A stretch of 63,547 bases of DNA, counting the filler, from Octopus bimaculoides (taxonomy: Eukaryota): NCBI RefSeq assembly GCF_001194135.2. It is 5 parts of 5 records of this genome, joined end to end, with 100 filler letters (N's around TTAATTAATTAA, not from the genome) between each part and the next. Parts side by side here need not be neighbours in the genome. Positions count along the whole stretch, not along the records: positions 23,291 to 49,465 come from NC_068991.1; 4 more parts are not named here. The stretch is one strand, 5' to 3'. Shown here one piece after another: positions 26,038-38,607 of the stretch; the first letter of the stretch is position 1, and every line of letters starts with the position of its first letter. The notes under the pieces are model-generated. The model had not been told where the DNA came from. It was given only the letters and a program-made list of their open reading frames with translations, and did no database searches. A program made the translations under genes and the position numbers.

Positions 26038-26137
26038 AAACAAGAATATATATGTATAATCACATGCAGGTTATGCTGCACCACTGGAAATACCTACAGA
26101 CACATAGATGGATGCATCTCATGTGCGTATATCGTGT

Positions 26138-26371
26138 TTTCTTATTTCTTTATTGCCCACAAGGGGCTAAACATAGAGAGGGGACAAACAAGGACAGACA
26201 ATAGGATTAATCGATTACATCGACCCCAGTGCTTAACTGGTGCTTAATTTATCGACCGTGAAAGGAGGAAAGGCAAAGTCGACCTCGGCGGAATTGAACT
26301 CAGAACGCAACGGCAGACGAAATACCGCTAAACATTTCGCCCGGCGTGCTAACGTTTCTGCCAGCTCGCCG
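26138..26371 (-). mobile_element. SINE family A (ttgtcccctc tail type), near intact
   Basis: Reverse complement: ggcgagctggcagaaacgttagcacgccgggcgaaatg...gagttcaattccgccgaggtcgactttgcc...gtgggcaataaagaaataagaa. Confidence 0.93.
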
Positions 26372-26744
26372 TATATCGTGTATTCTACGACAGAAACAGA
26401 ATGCCGCTCTCAGTTAAATGAATTTCAAGGTTGCTTTAGGTTTATCATCAGTGAGCAAAACCCCCACATGAAGATGCATTTGGCCGTTTGCTTTTGCTCT
26501 CTTAGAAGACGTTGCTTATTCCTATCAATTCCCAGTGTTCACTAAAATTTATGGTCATATAATGTGGTAAGAATTGTAACAAACCTTGAAGAAATTCTGC
26601 CCTTTGACGTTCAAGCCGTGACATGTGCAGGATTTACGGAAAATTGGGTTGATATAGGTTTTCGAAATATTACAAGTAGCATAAATATAAGCATATATAC
26701 ATAAAGTGTGTGTGTGTGTGTGTCTGTGTGCGTGCGTGTGTCAT

Positions 26745-26972
26745 TGTGTTTATGTTTTCTTCACTACCACATCGCTCGACAACCGATGTTGGTATATTTA
26801 CGTTCCCGTTAACTAGCGGTTCGGCAAAATACACCGATAGAATAAGTCCCAAGCTTCCAAAAAATTAGTTGTGTGGTAGATTTCCTCGACTAAAAGGTAG
26901 TGCTTCAGCATTGCTACGGTCAAATGACTGAAACAAGTAAAAGAATTTTTAGAAAATAACGAATAAAAGAAT
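26745..26972 (+). mobile_element. SINE family B 3' half
   Basis: catcgctcgacaaccgatgttgg...gcggttcggcaaa...accgatagaataag...gtcaaatgactgaaacaagtaaaagaat. Confidence 0.9.
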
Positions 26973-27639
26973 ATATATACACATATATACATAAGTACAT
27001 ATATACATGCGTAGATAAATACATACATGCATAGATACATGCATACATACATTTCTCTTGCCTGGACATCACGCAAGACTGTTTCCATCGAATACTCTTC
27101 TGCTGCAAGTTTACGCATCCATTTATTTTATTCTTCTAATAAAGTTACAAAGCCTTGCTTTTCGATAGCAACTGTGTGGAAAATATAATTTATATTCATG
27201 AAAATACATTTAAATTTATTTGAATATTTTAGTTGTATCACGTTGAATATTATTAAAACAAAAAAAAACACTTGCTATGTTTTTATTTATGTATTTATTA
27301 GTAGACATCAGACAGTTATCACACTGTGAAAGATAAATTTTAAAACCAAAATACATTAAAGTAATAACAGCTATAATTTTATAGTTTGTTACCAACAAAA
27401 GTATCTGAAACACAAGTACCGACGTACTGTAGTTTTCTAATATTTATGTGTTGACAAGTAAAAATGATTTATTATATTACGCAAAGAACAATTAATATAA
27501 CGAATATATCTCATGGTGAAATGTTTCTTTATCGGTAACTTGCGAACTCGGATATCTTCAAGTAAACCTTACGAAGGTGTTTAAAGATATTTTTCTTGGT
27601 TGACTTTGATTTCGAGAGCCCGAGTAACAGATATTTTGG

Positions 27640-28190
27640 TTTTTGGTTTATTGTCTTTTTTCAGAAGGCAGCGGAGTGACGCCTTTAGTCATGTTTGCCC
27701 CCTACCGAAATGCTGTGAGGGGGCTCTTTGATGAACCGGGGAACCATATTACGGAATTCACTTGGCCCTTTAGTTCAGTTACATGACAGAGCTAACTCAA
27801 GGATAATGGGATTGTTTTGGCTGGTCATGTCAATCCTACATGACATTGATCCCTGGTAGTTGCGCAATCAATCCTCCGAGAAGATGATACGCGCTTTCGA
27901 ATGGCTAATGTTATTTAAAATAAAGAAAAGGGTCCAAAAATATAGTAAACCACTCTGCTTGGCCCTCACAATCACTGGATCTCAATATATTCCAATTTTA
28001 ATTATGTATTTTGGAGTAGCAATTAAATAACTGCTTCCCTCCACAATCGTAGCTTATAGAGCTAAGTCAGATTGTCCCTTTAAGAATGGCTCAACGTTCC
28101 CATAAGACCCATTCAGAACATGCACAAAAGAATTTCACGGAGCATTAAGCAGTGACTGGTGACAAAGTTTGCTCAGCTCCTTCTTAAATA
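27640..28190 (+). pseudogene. Heavily decayed Tc1-like transposase remnant
   Basis: Frame-broken motifs appear in the expected order: WDCFGW (cf. WGCFSW), EDDTR (cf. QDNA.H), WPSQSLDLN (cf. WP..SPDLN), EWLNVPIRPIQNM (cf. EW..IP...IQNL). No TIRs found. Confidence 0.55.
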
Positions 28191-28520
28191 ATAAAACTCC
28201 ATTCAAAATATGTTTGAATTATTTACCCATCACTTCTGTATATAAATTCGGTTAAAATGATGCTATCTTAATTGCGTAATTGTGGAATTTGTGATGTTGA
28301 TTGCTAATGAAAAAGGCGATGAGCGTAATCAAATTATGAAACATTTGTGAAATTTTTGCTTTCCTGCCCTTAATTTTGTATATATGTATGTGTGTGTATA
28401 CATATATACGTACATTTATATATATACATATATGTGTGTGTATTCATATATACACACACTTATGTATACATATATAAAATATGTATAGTTATATATATAT
28501 GTTCAAGATATATGTTTAAA

Positions 28521-28724
28521 ATTTTGGCGAAAGGCCTGCGTTTTCGAGGATGGAAGTCAGTCGATTACATCGACCCCCAGTGCTCAGCTGGTATTTTCTT
28601 TTATCCACCCCAACAGGATGAAAAGCAAAGTCGACCTCAACAGAATTTGGATTCAGAACGTAAAGACGGAAGAAATGCCTCTAAGCATTTCGCCCATCGT
28701 GCTTACGTTCCTGCCAGCTCGCCG
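28521..28724 (-). mobile_element. SINE family A copy
   Basis: gatgaaaagcaaagtcgacctcaacagaatttggattcagaacgtaaagacgg...ctgccagctcgccgc. Confidence 0.9.
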
Positions 28725-28959
28725 CATTCGAAAGCCACATACACATGCAGACGCATGTTCTTTTTACCGTTTGAATTTCTTTCCTGGGAAATATCATCGA
28801 ACGAGTACATTCGTACGATGGTAGGTGACGATTTCCGCAGAATTTAGCGTCTCTTTCTTGCAAATCGCCTGGCCACGTCGAGATTGTTAAATTCTCTGAT
28901 ACAAATTGTAAATCTACAAATGTACACCAGAATCAATCGCAACAGCTTAATACCAGCGC

Positions 28960-29009
28960 TGCCAGCACTGATGCTGCTGCTGCTACCACTACTACTACTG
29001 CTGCTACTA

Positions 29010-29041
<32 letters not shown>

Positions 29042-29180
29042 ACCACTACTACTACTGCTGCTACTACTACTGCTACTACTACTGCTTTTACTACTACTGC
29101 TACTACTACTACGACCATTGCTGCTGCTGCTACTGCTGCTGCTTCTTCTTCTACTACTACTTCTACTACTACTACTACTG

Positions 29181-29212
<32 letters not shown>

Positions 29213-29256
29213 TTTACTACTACTACTACTAATACTATTAATACTACTACTGCTGT

Positions 29257-29312
<56 letters not shown>

Positions 29313-29510
29313 TTACTACTACTTTTATGGAAAAATGATGGTGATAATGATAATAACGACGACGACGATGATGATGATGATGATGATGATGATGGTGATG
29401 ATAGTGACGACAGTAGTGGAGATGGTTGTAGTGATGCTGTTGCTGCTGATGGTGATGACGATGACGATGGTGGTGATGACGGATGATTATGAAGATGAAC
29501 GAGGAGGAGA
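28960..29510. repeat. Compound (GCT/ACT)n then (GAT/GAC/GGT)n trinucleotide array
   Basis: Direct reading; accounts for the poly-L/V/T ORFs. Confidence 0.93.
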
Positions 29511-29879
29511 CGATAATTCCAAGAAGCAATAAATATATAAAGTGAAAAATAAATAAATCAACAGAAACGCTAATTAGAGAAAAGTGACCAATTTCCTTCC
29601 TTCACATGGTGCCAGTCTAGAAAGGAAGCAAAATAATTAAGCAGGTGATATTCGATGCTTTGGAACACTCGAAGAATATCTCAAAGTTGTACAGATAACC
29701 TGATTCTGTATCGTCTACAGAAATATCGAATTTTATACTTATTGACTTAAGGACTAATATACATTAAAAAAAAAAAAAAACATATATATTGAATTATGTC
29801 AAATCAAATATATTACCGATATTGATTTTATCAAACTCATAACGACGAAAGGGCGAATTCAATTTTATATGGTTTGAAA

Positions 29880-30538
29880 GGCGGTGAGCTGGCAGAAAGG
29901 TTAGCTCGCCGGGCGAAAATGCTTAGCGGTATTTCGTCTACCGTTACATTCTGAGTTCAAATTCCGCCGCGGTTGATTTTGCCTTTCATCCATTCGGGGA
30001 CCGATAAATTACGTACCAGTTACACACTGGGGTCGATATAATCGACTTAATGCGTTTGTCTGTCCTTGTTTGTCCCCTCTGTGTGTAGCCCTTTGTGGGC
30101 AGTAAAGAAATAAGAAACGTTAGCACGCTGGGCGAAATGCTTAGCGATATTTCGTATATCGTTACGTTCTGACTTCAAATTCCGTCCATGTAGACTTTGC
30201 CTTTCCTCAATTCGGGGGTCGATAAATAAATTACCAGTTACGCACTGGGGTCGCTGTAATCGACTTAATCACTTTGTCTGTCCTTGTTTGTCCCCTCTGT
30301 GTTTAGCCCTTTGTGGGCAGTACAGAAATAAGAAATGTTAGCACGCCGGGCGAAATGCTTAGCGGTGTTTCGTCTGTCTTTACGTTCTGAGTTCAAATTC
30401 CGCCAAGGTCGACTTTACCTTTTATCCATTAGGGGTCGGTCTAATCATACTGGGGTCGAACTAATCGTACTGGGGTCGATCTAATCGACTGACTCTCTCC
30501 ATAAAAGTTTCGGGCCTTGTGCTAGAGTAGAAAAGAAT
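29880..30538 (+). mobile_element. Head-to-tail trimer of SINE family A (period 218-219 bp)
   Basis: agaaa-(g/c/t)gttag recurs at 29894, 30113 and 30331; only unit 1 keeps the ggcggtgagctggc 5' end. Confidence 0.93.
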
Positions 30539-30787
30539 TTTACATGGTTTGGAATACAGTTTGCTTCTGATTGGTTCTGATACTTAATGTTGAGAAGCCA
30601 CAGAGATAAGGAAACATCGATGTCCATCGTTCCTGAATGAGATTTGGAACGAGTTACGTCACCTGCCTATGTGTTCCAAGTGTTTTAAGACCCGGTGATT
30701 TGAGGGAATCAACCCACCGAGCAAACAAGTAATGCACATACAATAAGTTTGTGTGGTCGATAATATATATATATATTATATACACAT

Positions 30788-31183
30788 AGGCGCAGGCGTG
30801 GCTGTGTGGTAAGTAGCTTGTTTACCAACCACGGGTTCAATCCAACTGCGTGGCATTTTGCGCAAGGGTCTTCTATTATAGCCTCGGGCCGACCAAAGCT
30901 TTCTGCGTGGATTTGGTAGACATAAACTGAAAGAAGCCCGTCGTATATATATGTATATATGTATGTGTGTATGTTTGTGTGTCTTTGTTTGTCCACCCAC
31001 AATCGCTTGACAACCGATGCTGGTGTGTTCACGTCCCCGTAACTGAGCGGTTCGACAAAGAGACCGATAGAATAAGTACTAGGATTGCCGAGAATAAGTT
31101 GTGGTGTCGGTTTGTACGACTAAAGGCGGTGAACCAGCATGGCTGCAGTCAAATGACTGAAATAGATAAAGGAATAAAAGAAA
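30788..31183 (+). mobile_element. SINE family B, full length (tRNA-like head, CORE-like segment, internal microsatellite, 3' tail)
   Basis: aggcgcaggcgtggctgtgtggtaag...gggttcaatcc...tttgcgcaagggtcttct...(tatg/tg)n...gcagtcaaatgactgaaa. Confidence 0.93.
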
Positions 31184-31346
31184 CATACATACGTATGTAT
31201 ATACAGGGTGAGAGTCAGAGAGAATTTACATTGATAAACACATACAAACATACATAGCCATACACACACACTTATATATACATATATCGCAAATTCATAT
31301 ATGTATATACATACATATATACATATATATGTGTGTGTGTATATAT

Positions 31347-31391
<45 letters not shown>

Positions 31392-32153
31392 GTGATGTAC
31401 CATTTTCAGTATGTGGGTTTCCATGTAATTATCTGTTGTGCGGTTGTTTCTACATCGCTATATGCTACTCTGTCTATGCACATACATTTTCAAACACATT
31501 TCTAGAAATACATCCATTAAGTGAAGTTAGTTCTTCTCTTTACACACAAGCCTATCAACACACACACACACACGCACACACACACACACACGCGCACACA
31601 CACACGCACACGCACACATATGCACACACACACAAACGTGTGTGTGTATGTATTCTTCAATGCTTTCTTCTTTGTATCCAGTATTATTTTTCCTACCAAT
31701 ATATCTTTTCTTTTTACTCTTTGAGGAACATGTCAGACTCATTTCTTTTTCTAACAATTTCTAACTTCAACCCCATCTCACAGACTCACGGACGCACAAA
31801 TTTGTTTGCATGTATTCTGCTGTAAAAACAAAATAAAATAACATAAAAACAAACTGAAAGAGCGAAGCATGTAAAAGAACTTTCCATGCAGCTCATTTTA
31901 CGTAAGAAACTCATTATATATCTAACTACAACCATATGCTTCATATGACCTGAACGACGGAGAAAGATCTTTTTTCGGGTAATCTAGGAAGCAGAAGTTA
32001 TGTGAAGAATTGCATCGTTGCTGAACCTTGCACATTACTGTGGACAAGGAGTCTTGTTTACAGATTTTGTGTAAATAAATTGTGTAGAAGCATGAAGTTA
32101 TTTCAACATGCATGTTTGTACTCCAGTATAATATGGTGTAATTACTTGTACAG

Positions 32154-32197
<44 letters not shown>

Positions 32198-32613
32198 NNN
32201 NNNNNNNNNNNNNNNNNNNNNNNNNNNNNNNNNNNNNNNNNNNNNNNNNNNNNNNNNNNNNNNNNNNNNNNNNNNNNNNNNNNNNNNNNNNNNNNNNNNN
32301 NNNNNNNNNNNNNNNNNNNNNNNNNNNNNNNNNNNNNNNNNNNNNNNNNNNNNNNNNNNNNNNNNNNNNNNNNNNNNNNNNNNNNNNNNNNNNNNNNNNN
32401 NNNNNNNNNNNNNNNNNNNNNNNNNNNNNNNNNNNNNNNNNNNNNNNNNNNNNNNNNNNNNNNNNNNNNNNNNNNNNNNNNNNNNNNNNNNNNNNNNNNN
32501 NNNNNNNNNNNNNNNNNNNNNNNNNNNNNNNNNNNNNNNNNNNNNNNNNNNNNNNNNNNNNNNNNNNNNNNNNNNNNNNNNNNNNNNNNNNNNNNNNNNN
32601 NNNNNNNNNNNNN

Positions 32614-32644
<31 letters not shown>

Positions 32645-33034
32645 ACATACATATATATTATATATGCATATATGTATTTTTATACGTACACACACACACA
32701 TATATTATATATAAAGTACACGTAGACAATATAACGTAAAGTATGTTACATACACTCATACACATATGCATGTATGTATGCATATACATATATCTATACA
32801 TGCATATTTGTGTGTGTCTGTGTGCGTGTGTGTGTGTGCGTGTGTGTTTGTGTGTGTGTGTGTGAGTGTGTGTATGTGTGTGTCTGTGTGTTTACCCACT
32901 GGAATTATATCTTCTAGAGAAAATAAAACAATTGGAGATTGGAAGAAGTGGATATTTTCATCTTCAACAAGCTCGAAAACGTATACTCATGCACATGTGC
33001 TTAACATTCGCACAACATGATCATGTATATTCAG

Positions 33035-33075
<41 letters not shown>

Positions 33076-33366
33076 GAGAGAGAAAGTTAGAGTGATGCAT
33101 AGATAGGTAGATAGATGAAAAAATATATATATAAAGAGATATATGTGTGTGTCTATACACACACCCAGATATATATATGTATGTATATATATACAGATAA
33201 ATAGACAGAGAGAGATGGATAGTTAGATAGATAGATGGAGAAATATATGTATAAAGAGATATACATGTACGTGTCTACATGTGTGCGTGTATGTTTGTGC
33301 GTGCGTGTGTGTTGTGTGTGGGTGTATGTATATATGTATGTGTTGGCAAAACGAGGGAGATATAGA

Positions 33367-33403
<37 letters not shown>

Positions 33404-33623
33404 GAAACCAGTTTTGACATATAGTATATTACCGTACACAGTAGCTACATATATTTTAGATGCGTGGATACATTTGTATTGCTAACCAAGCCGGAATATC
33501 AAAGTAGAATAAAATTAATATTGAAGTTATAGTCATATACAAAGTATAACTCTGTGCTCCATAATTCAAGTAAATACGGTCTCTTTTTTTTGTTTTCTCT
33601 CTCTCTCTTTTTTCTTCCAACAG

Positions 33624-33707
33624 ATCGGTCGTTGCAGAAGCGGCAACACTGGTACCCGAGTAGAGTAAAAATTAAAACAAGTCAAACAGTTGATGCCATT
33701 TTGAAAG
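33624..33707 (+). CDS. Candidate 84-bp internal coding exon (phase 1-1), protein unknown: xRSLQKRQHWYPSRVKIKTSQTVDAILK
   Basis: Long polypyrimidine tract plus CAG acceptor, AAG|GTAAGT donor, length divisible by 3, exactly one open frame. Confidence 0.5.
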
Positions 33708-33975
33708 GTAAGTAGCGAAAAAGTCTGAGCTTCCATTTCAGTGGGGCGTCAAATGAAATAAATTTCAACAGCTGTTATATGTGTGAATGTACAGGGTAAG
33801 TAAAAGAAAAAAAATTAGGCCGCACAATGCGATAGTGTTTACGCATCTACAGGCTGCACCAACCCAGATGTGTAAATAATACTTCACTGTTTTTCAAATG
33901 ACTTGGTGATTGGTGAATGTTTCTACAGAGAAATGAATGTAGACTTTAAATTGCAGCTTTTTAGCTTTGTATATA

Positions 33976-34596
33976 CAGGGTGTTCATAAAGTCACTCCGC
34001 AGTGATTTTTTTTCATTCTGCTCATGCGCAACTTGGCTATCACTGCGTGGGCGACCGGGTGTCAGCCGTGGTCTCTTAGACATTGTGTATCCTTCAGCGC
34101 GTCGACATGCTAACCATTGAAGAACGTACGTTTTTAGTTCAACGGGGTGTTTCGAGCTGGAAACAAATACACAGACAATGTGAAACAAAAGTTCAGTGAA
34201 AATTTTCCAAATACTGTTATTCCACATCGTGACACTGTGCGGGATTTGATTAGAAAATTTAGAAACACAGGCTCAGTAGAAGACGCAGCAAGAATCGGTA
34301 AGCCTACTGTTCTTTCAGACGAAACACTCCGATATTTCTGATAAACTGTTGGCAAGTCTGTCTAAGTCCTTACGTAAATTGTTACAGGAAACGGAATTCA
34401 GCCAAGGAAGTGCTCACACGGCAGTAAAAAAGAAATTAAATTTTATGCATTGAAAATGAAGGACGACACTTTCAGCACCTCTTATAAAGTTTTTTTAAAG
34501 TCTTGTAAATCTAATACGTTCTTTTGTAGTCTTATACCATCTTATAAATATTTATTTTGCAATAAAATACAGCGGAGAGACGTTTTGAACACCTTC
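33976..34596 (+). mobile_element. Internally deleted Tc1/mariner-superfamily transposon (HTH-bearing N-terminus joined to the extreme C-terminus)
   Basis: TIRs cagggtgttcataaagtcactccgc / gcggagagacgttttgaacaccttc with TA on both sides. ATG at 34107 begins MLTIEERTFLV..; then FPNTVIPHRDTVRDLIRKFRNTGSVEDAARIGKP; terminal ENEGRHFQHLL*. Confidence 0.9.
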
Positions 34597-35035
34597 TATT
34601 ATTGTATGACTCCCAGTCGACTTGGAATCTTTTGTATGATCACGTGATATATTTGCTGAAAATAGCAGCTGTATCACCATTGAATTTGATACTAACGGAT
34701 AGGTTCGTTGTAGAAATTAGACAGCTAATTGTGTAGTGCGCTTTTCTTCATAGATCTGCCACATAAATTACTTTTGACTAAATAATAGCTGTAAAACTAA
34801 AAGGATATTATTCGGTTGTCTACATTTAGATAATCTATGTATGGATGCAGGCGGAGAATCGAAACTATTGTGGCTTCATTTGCTCATAATCGTGCGTAGT
34901 ATTGAATCATTTCGGTCAAAGTTTTCTGAAACAAGAAGAGATTATCCTCGCGATATAGCGAGCAATTACTGTTCTAATAACGAGGGGAAATAAGCAGCAC
35001 AGTTCCAGATTTTGACCTAAATGTGTTCAAGACGT

Positions 35036-35081
<46 letters not shown>

Positions 35082-36293
35082 NNNNNNNNNNNNNNNNNNN
35101 NNNNNNNNNNNNNNNNNNNNNNNNNNNNNNNNNNNNNNNNNNNNNNNNNNNNNNNNNNNNNNNNNNNNNNNNNNNNNNNNNNNNNNNNNNNNNNNNNNNN
35201 NNNNNNNNNNNNNNNNNNNNNNNNNNNNNNNNNNNNNNNNNNNNNNNNNNNNNNNNNNNNNNNNNNNNNNNNNNNNNNNNNNNNNNNNNNNNNNNNNNNN
35301 NNNNNNNNNNNNNNNNNNNNNNNNNNNNNNNNNNNNNNNNNNNNNNNNNNNNNNNATATATATATATATAGTAATCTGGTGCCGCGTGTTTGATGAGTTT
35401 ACGCCAAATTAGGCACAAGTGATGCACCTTACATAAAGAAATACCTCGAAATCTTTGGAAAGGAATCAAGAAATTTCGCCGCTAGTAAGAAGATTGTGTA
35501 TAAACATCAACAGTGAAAAGACAAGCATTTCCTTGGTGATATTCAATTAGTTTCTTCTCATAATTAATCGTTTCTTGCATAGCAGGCATTATTTGTATGT
35601 TGTTGTTGTGCTAAACGGCCTGGTGAGCGATTTAAGAGGTGTTTTTCTTTTCCCATATACAATTCAGTAATCACATAAAACACATTTTTAAATAGTTTAG
35701 TCAGCGATGACAAGCTATTGTTCATGTCCAAAGCATTGGTACCTAGTGTAAGGAAGAGAGGAGGTAATTCTCAGACCTGAATGTCTAACCGCAATACTTG
35801 CAATAGAAGGATCCCCGTAAATGACGTCCAAGTGTGAAGAACGGGGTTTAAGTAGGGCAACGGTGTAACTCTTTGTCTTTAATCGTATAGTATGGAGGTA
35901 AGTTCTGACTCACTGCGATATGGTTTCAAATCCCACTGGAATCAACTGTCTTCAACCTTTCAAGATCTATTTAAAAATGACTAATTTAGAGGGTTGTATT
36001 AGTTGGGCAGATAAAGAGAGGATCGGACAGGGAAACTTGTGCTTTCTTCTTTTGGTTCAATACGTTCTCAAGTGCAATATCCGCACAGTCGATAGGCTTT
36101 CCTTGGTAATCTTAACATTTTAGAACATTCTCCTCCCTTCCTGTTACTGGTGGATGAAGGGAGGAGAATATCCTAAAGCCAGTTACCTGGCTAGAATGCA
36201 CACTGGACTCCATTGATTCCACACAAAGTGCAACATGGTTCTATTCGACCGGGTGACAGAATGAATATACCACCCAAGTATATCATGTTGAAC

Positions 36294-36408
36294 GGTAAGT
36301 AGCTTGCTTACGAACCACGTGGTTCCGGGTTCGGTTCCACTGCGTAGCATCTTGGGCAAGTGTCTTCTACTGTAGCCTTGGGCCGAAACAAGTAAAAGAG
36401 TAAAAGAG
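36294..36408 (+). mobile_element. SINE family B, head joined directly to its extreme 3' end (internal deletion)
   Basis: ggtaagtagcttgcttacgaaccacgtggttccgggttcgg...cttgggcaagtgtcttctactgtagccttgggccga|aacaagtaaaagag. Confidence 0.85.
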
Positions 36409-37413
36409 ATATGTAGTTGACACTATTTCCGAAAGTATAAAGTTCTTAGCACCTCATTAAGAATAATTTATTTGGATCTGATCTATCCTTCTTGATCAAA
36501 CAAATATAAAGCTAATTAAAAAGTAGACAATTATTTGAGAGAAAAATTCAGGACCAACACTACCTAATGAGAAAAAAAAAAAGGCTTTTGTAAGTTATCT
36601 GTAATTAAATTTCGACATGATAACGTAGATAAAACTCCACATCTGCCTCAGACAATGTGAATTTGAAAAATGACTAGGAAATAAGGCTGTCACTTGCTAG
36701 CGCTCTCAATGTTGTTTCTAGAAATTCTGATGCATAAATTTCCATGGAGTGGAAACTTCAGCTCAAAATGAATGCATCAAAATGTTTCGTTAGTATCATA
36801 TCCCAGCCAAAACGTGGATTAGTTTTCCCGGGTATATTACTTCCTTACTAACTTTTTATTGCTATTAGCCCAGGTAAACACTGAGCTAACCAGGAACTAA
36901 TAACGAAACGAAAAGTAAATATTCGATCGAAAGCATTGAAACCATAGCATTGAAACCAGCCGCGTCAAGTAAAACGCAATTTCAATATTCTTTTTTATTT
37001 TGTATAAAGAGAGCATGTTCTTTAACGAGAAATTAATGGTTATTTTTATAATGTCCGTCCTGGAGAGGCATTAAGTTGCTACTCTCACACTAATTAACCA
37101 ATTTCATTAATTTAATAACTAATTTACGATATCTATATTAAAACTTGTGTCCGGTGACACAGATATTTCTGCGAGGAATTTTGTCTTCTTCTTAAGAATA
37201 ACGATGAACTGTCATCTAGGATTTGAGCCACACGTCTCTTAGTGACTGCTCAAGCATAACAATCGTTATTGTGACGCTGTGACTGACAGATATATTTATC
37301 TTCCCCTTATGTAGCAGTCGCCTCACATGTCAAGTCGATTATTTTCCTAGGACGGTCTCGTCTCTCTCATCATATATGCGTATATGTGTGGTGGTATGTG
37401 AGTATGTGTGAAA

Positions 37414-37466
<53 letters not shown>

Positions 37467-38323
37467 CACACACATACACACACGCGCACACACACACACA
37501 CACATGCACACCCGCACACCACGCGAATGTATATGTCATTCCAAGTTGCGTGTTCTAGTTTGTAGCATATAAGTCTACTCCCAGCATTCCCTGTCGGAGA
37601 GATTGCAGTAGGAAGAAACAAAACATATGTAGAAAAATGTTACGTGAAAGTATCGCCTTGCTGTAAAACCCTGCAATCTTGAAATATATCCGATGTCTCT
37701 AAGAAAGGAAGAAAGAAAGAATGAAACAAAAGAGAAAAGAAATAAAGAAAGAAACACAGAGAAACAAACAAAGGGTATAATACATTTCTTGTCTGCCTTT
37801 GCCATGTTTTCTTCACCCAAATAAGAAAATTTCAAACTATTTTGCTTCGCTTTGTTCCCTAATTTTCTCATACATATGCTTCTCATAACTTTTCCTCATA
37901 GACTGATCACGTGTGTGCGCCAAAAAAATGCTGCAAACTTCCTGTATAGTCAAAACAACATCCTTCTTTATTCCTAAATAATATAGACGCAAGCATAGAT
38001 ATATCTAGATATAGTGACAGAAATAACTAAAAGACAGACATATTAAAATCATATAAATATACGTTTTTAACTACAAATTCCACACAATTTTGCCATGGAA
38101 ACCTTCGTAATATCATTCCTCCTTCTAGGCGTAGTAACTAAATTTTCATTAACCCATAACCCCGTTCCTTAATAAAATTACCACATTAGCTAGTAAGTTT
38201 AATGGTGTAGAATACCTTGGCTCGGACGTGGTGGCATAGCTTTAACCTTAATCTATTCAATCAATGATAAAGGGGGTTTCTACCCCGTATAGTATCCGTG
38301 ATGCTGGACTGCCTATATAACAG

Positions 38324-38494
38324 AACAACTGCGATCTCCGCACTGGTCAAGTAAGGATTATTTTGATTTTCACAAACGGCGCTGGCGTTGCTTTGTGGAA
38401 AGCAGTTTGCTTCCCGACTGCATGGTCCAGTGTTCAGTGCAATTGTGTGACGCATTGTGCTAATGCCTTCGACTGTAGCCCCGGGATGACCAAG
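38324..38494 (+). CDS. Weak candidate 171-bp Cys-rich exon: NNCDLRTGQVRIILIFTNGAGVALWKAVCFPTAWSSVQCNCVTHCANAFDCSPGMTK
   Basis: GC-richer than its flanks, open phase 0-0 frame, AAG|GTATGT donor; acceptor (tatataacag) is weak. Confidence 0.25.
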
Positions 38495-38552
38495 GTATGT
38501 CAGTGCTTTTGACAAGCGGAAACTAAAAGAAGCTCGCCTGTATTTATATATC

Positions 38553-38607
<55 letters not shown>

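Noticed and set aside
28841-29338. 165-codon Thr/Ala-rich mucin-like open frame after a CAG
   Set aside because: Openness is explained by stop-free trinucleotide repeats (other frames are open too); the acceptor is weak and no downstream donor was identified.
29880-30538. CRISPR-like repeat array
   Set aside because: Eukaryotic context, ~218-bp SINE units, no unique spacers and no cas genes.
33641-33665. QHWYPSR as a GnRH-like peptide
   Set aside because: Only QHW matches vertebrate GnRH; there is no amidation/GKR signal and it does not resemble octopus GnRH.
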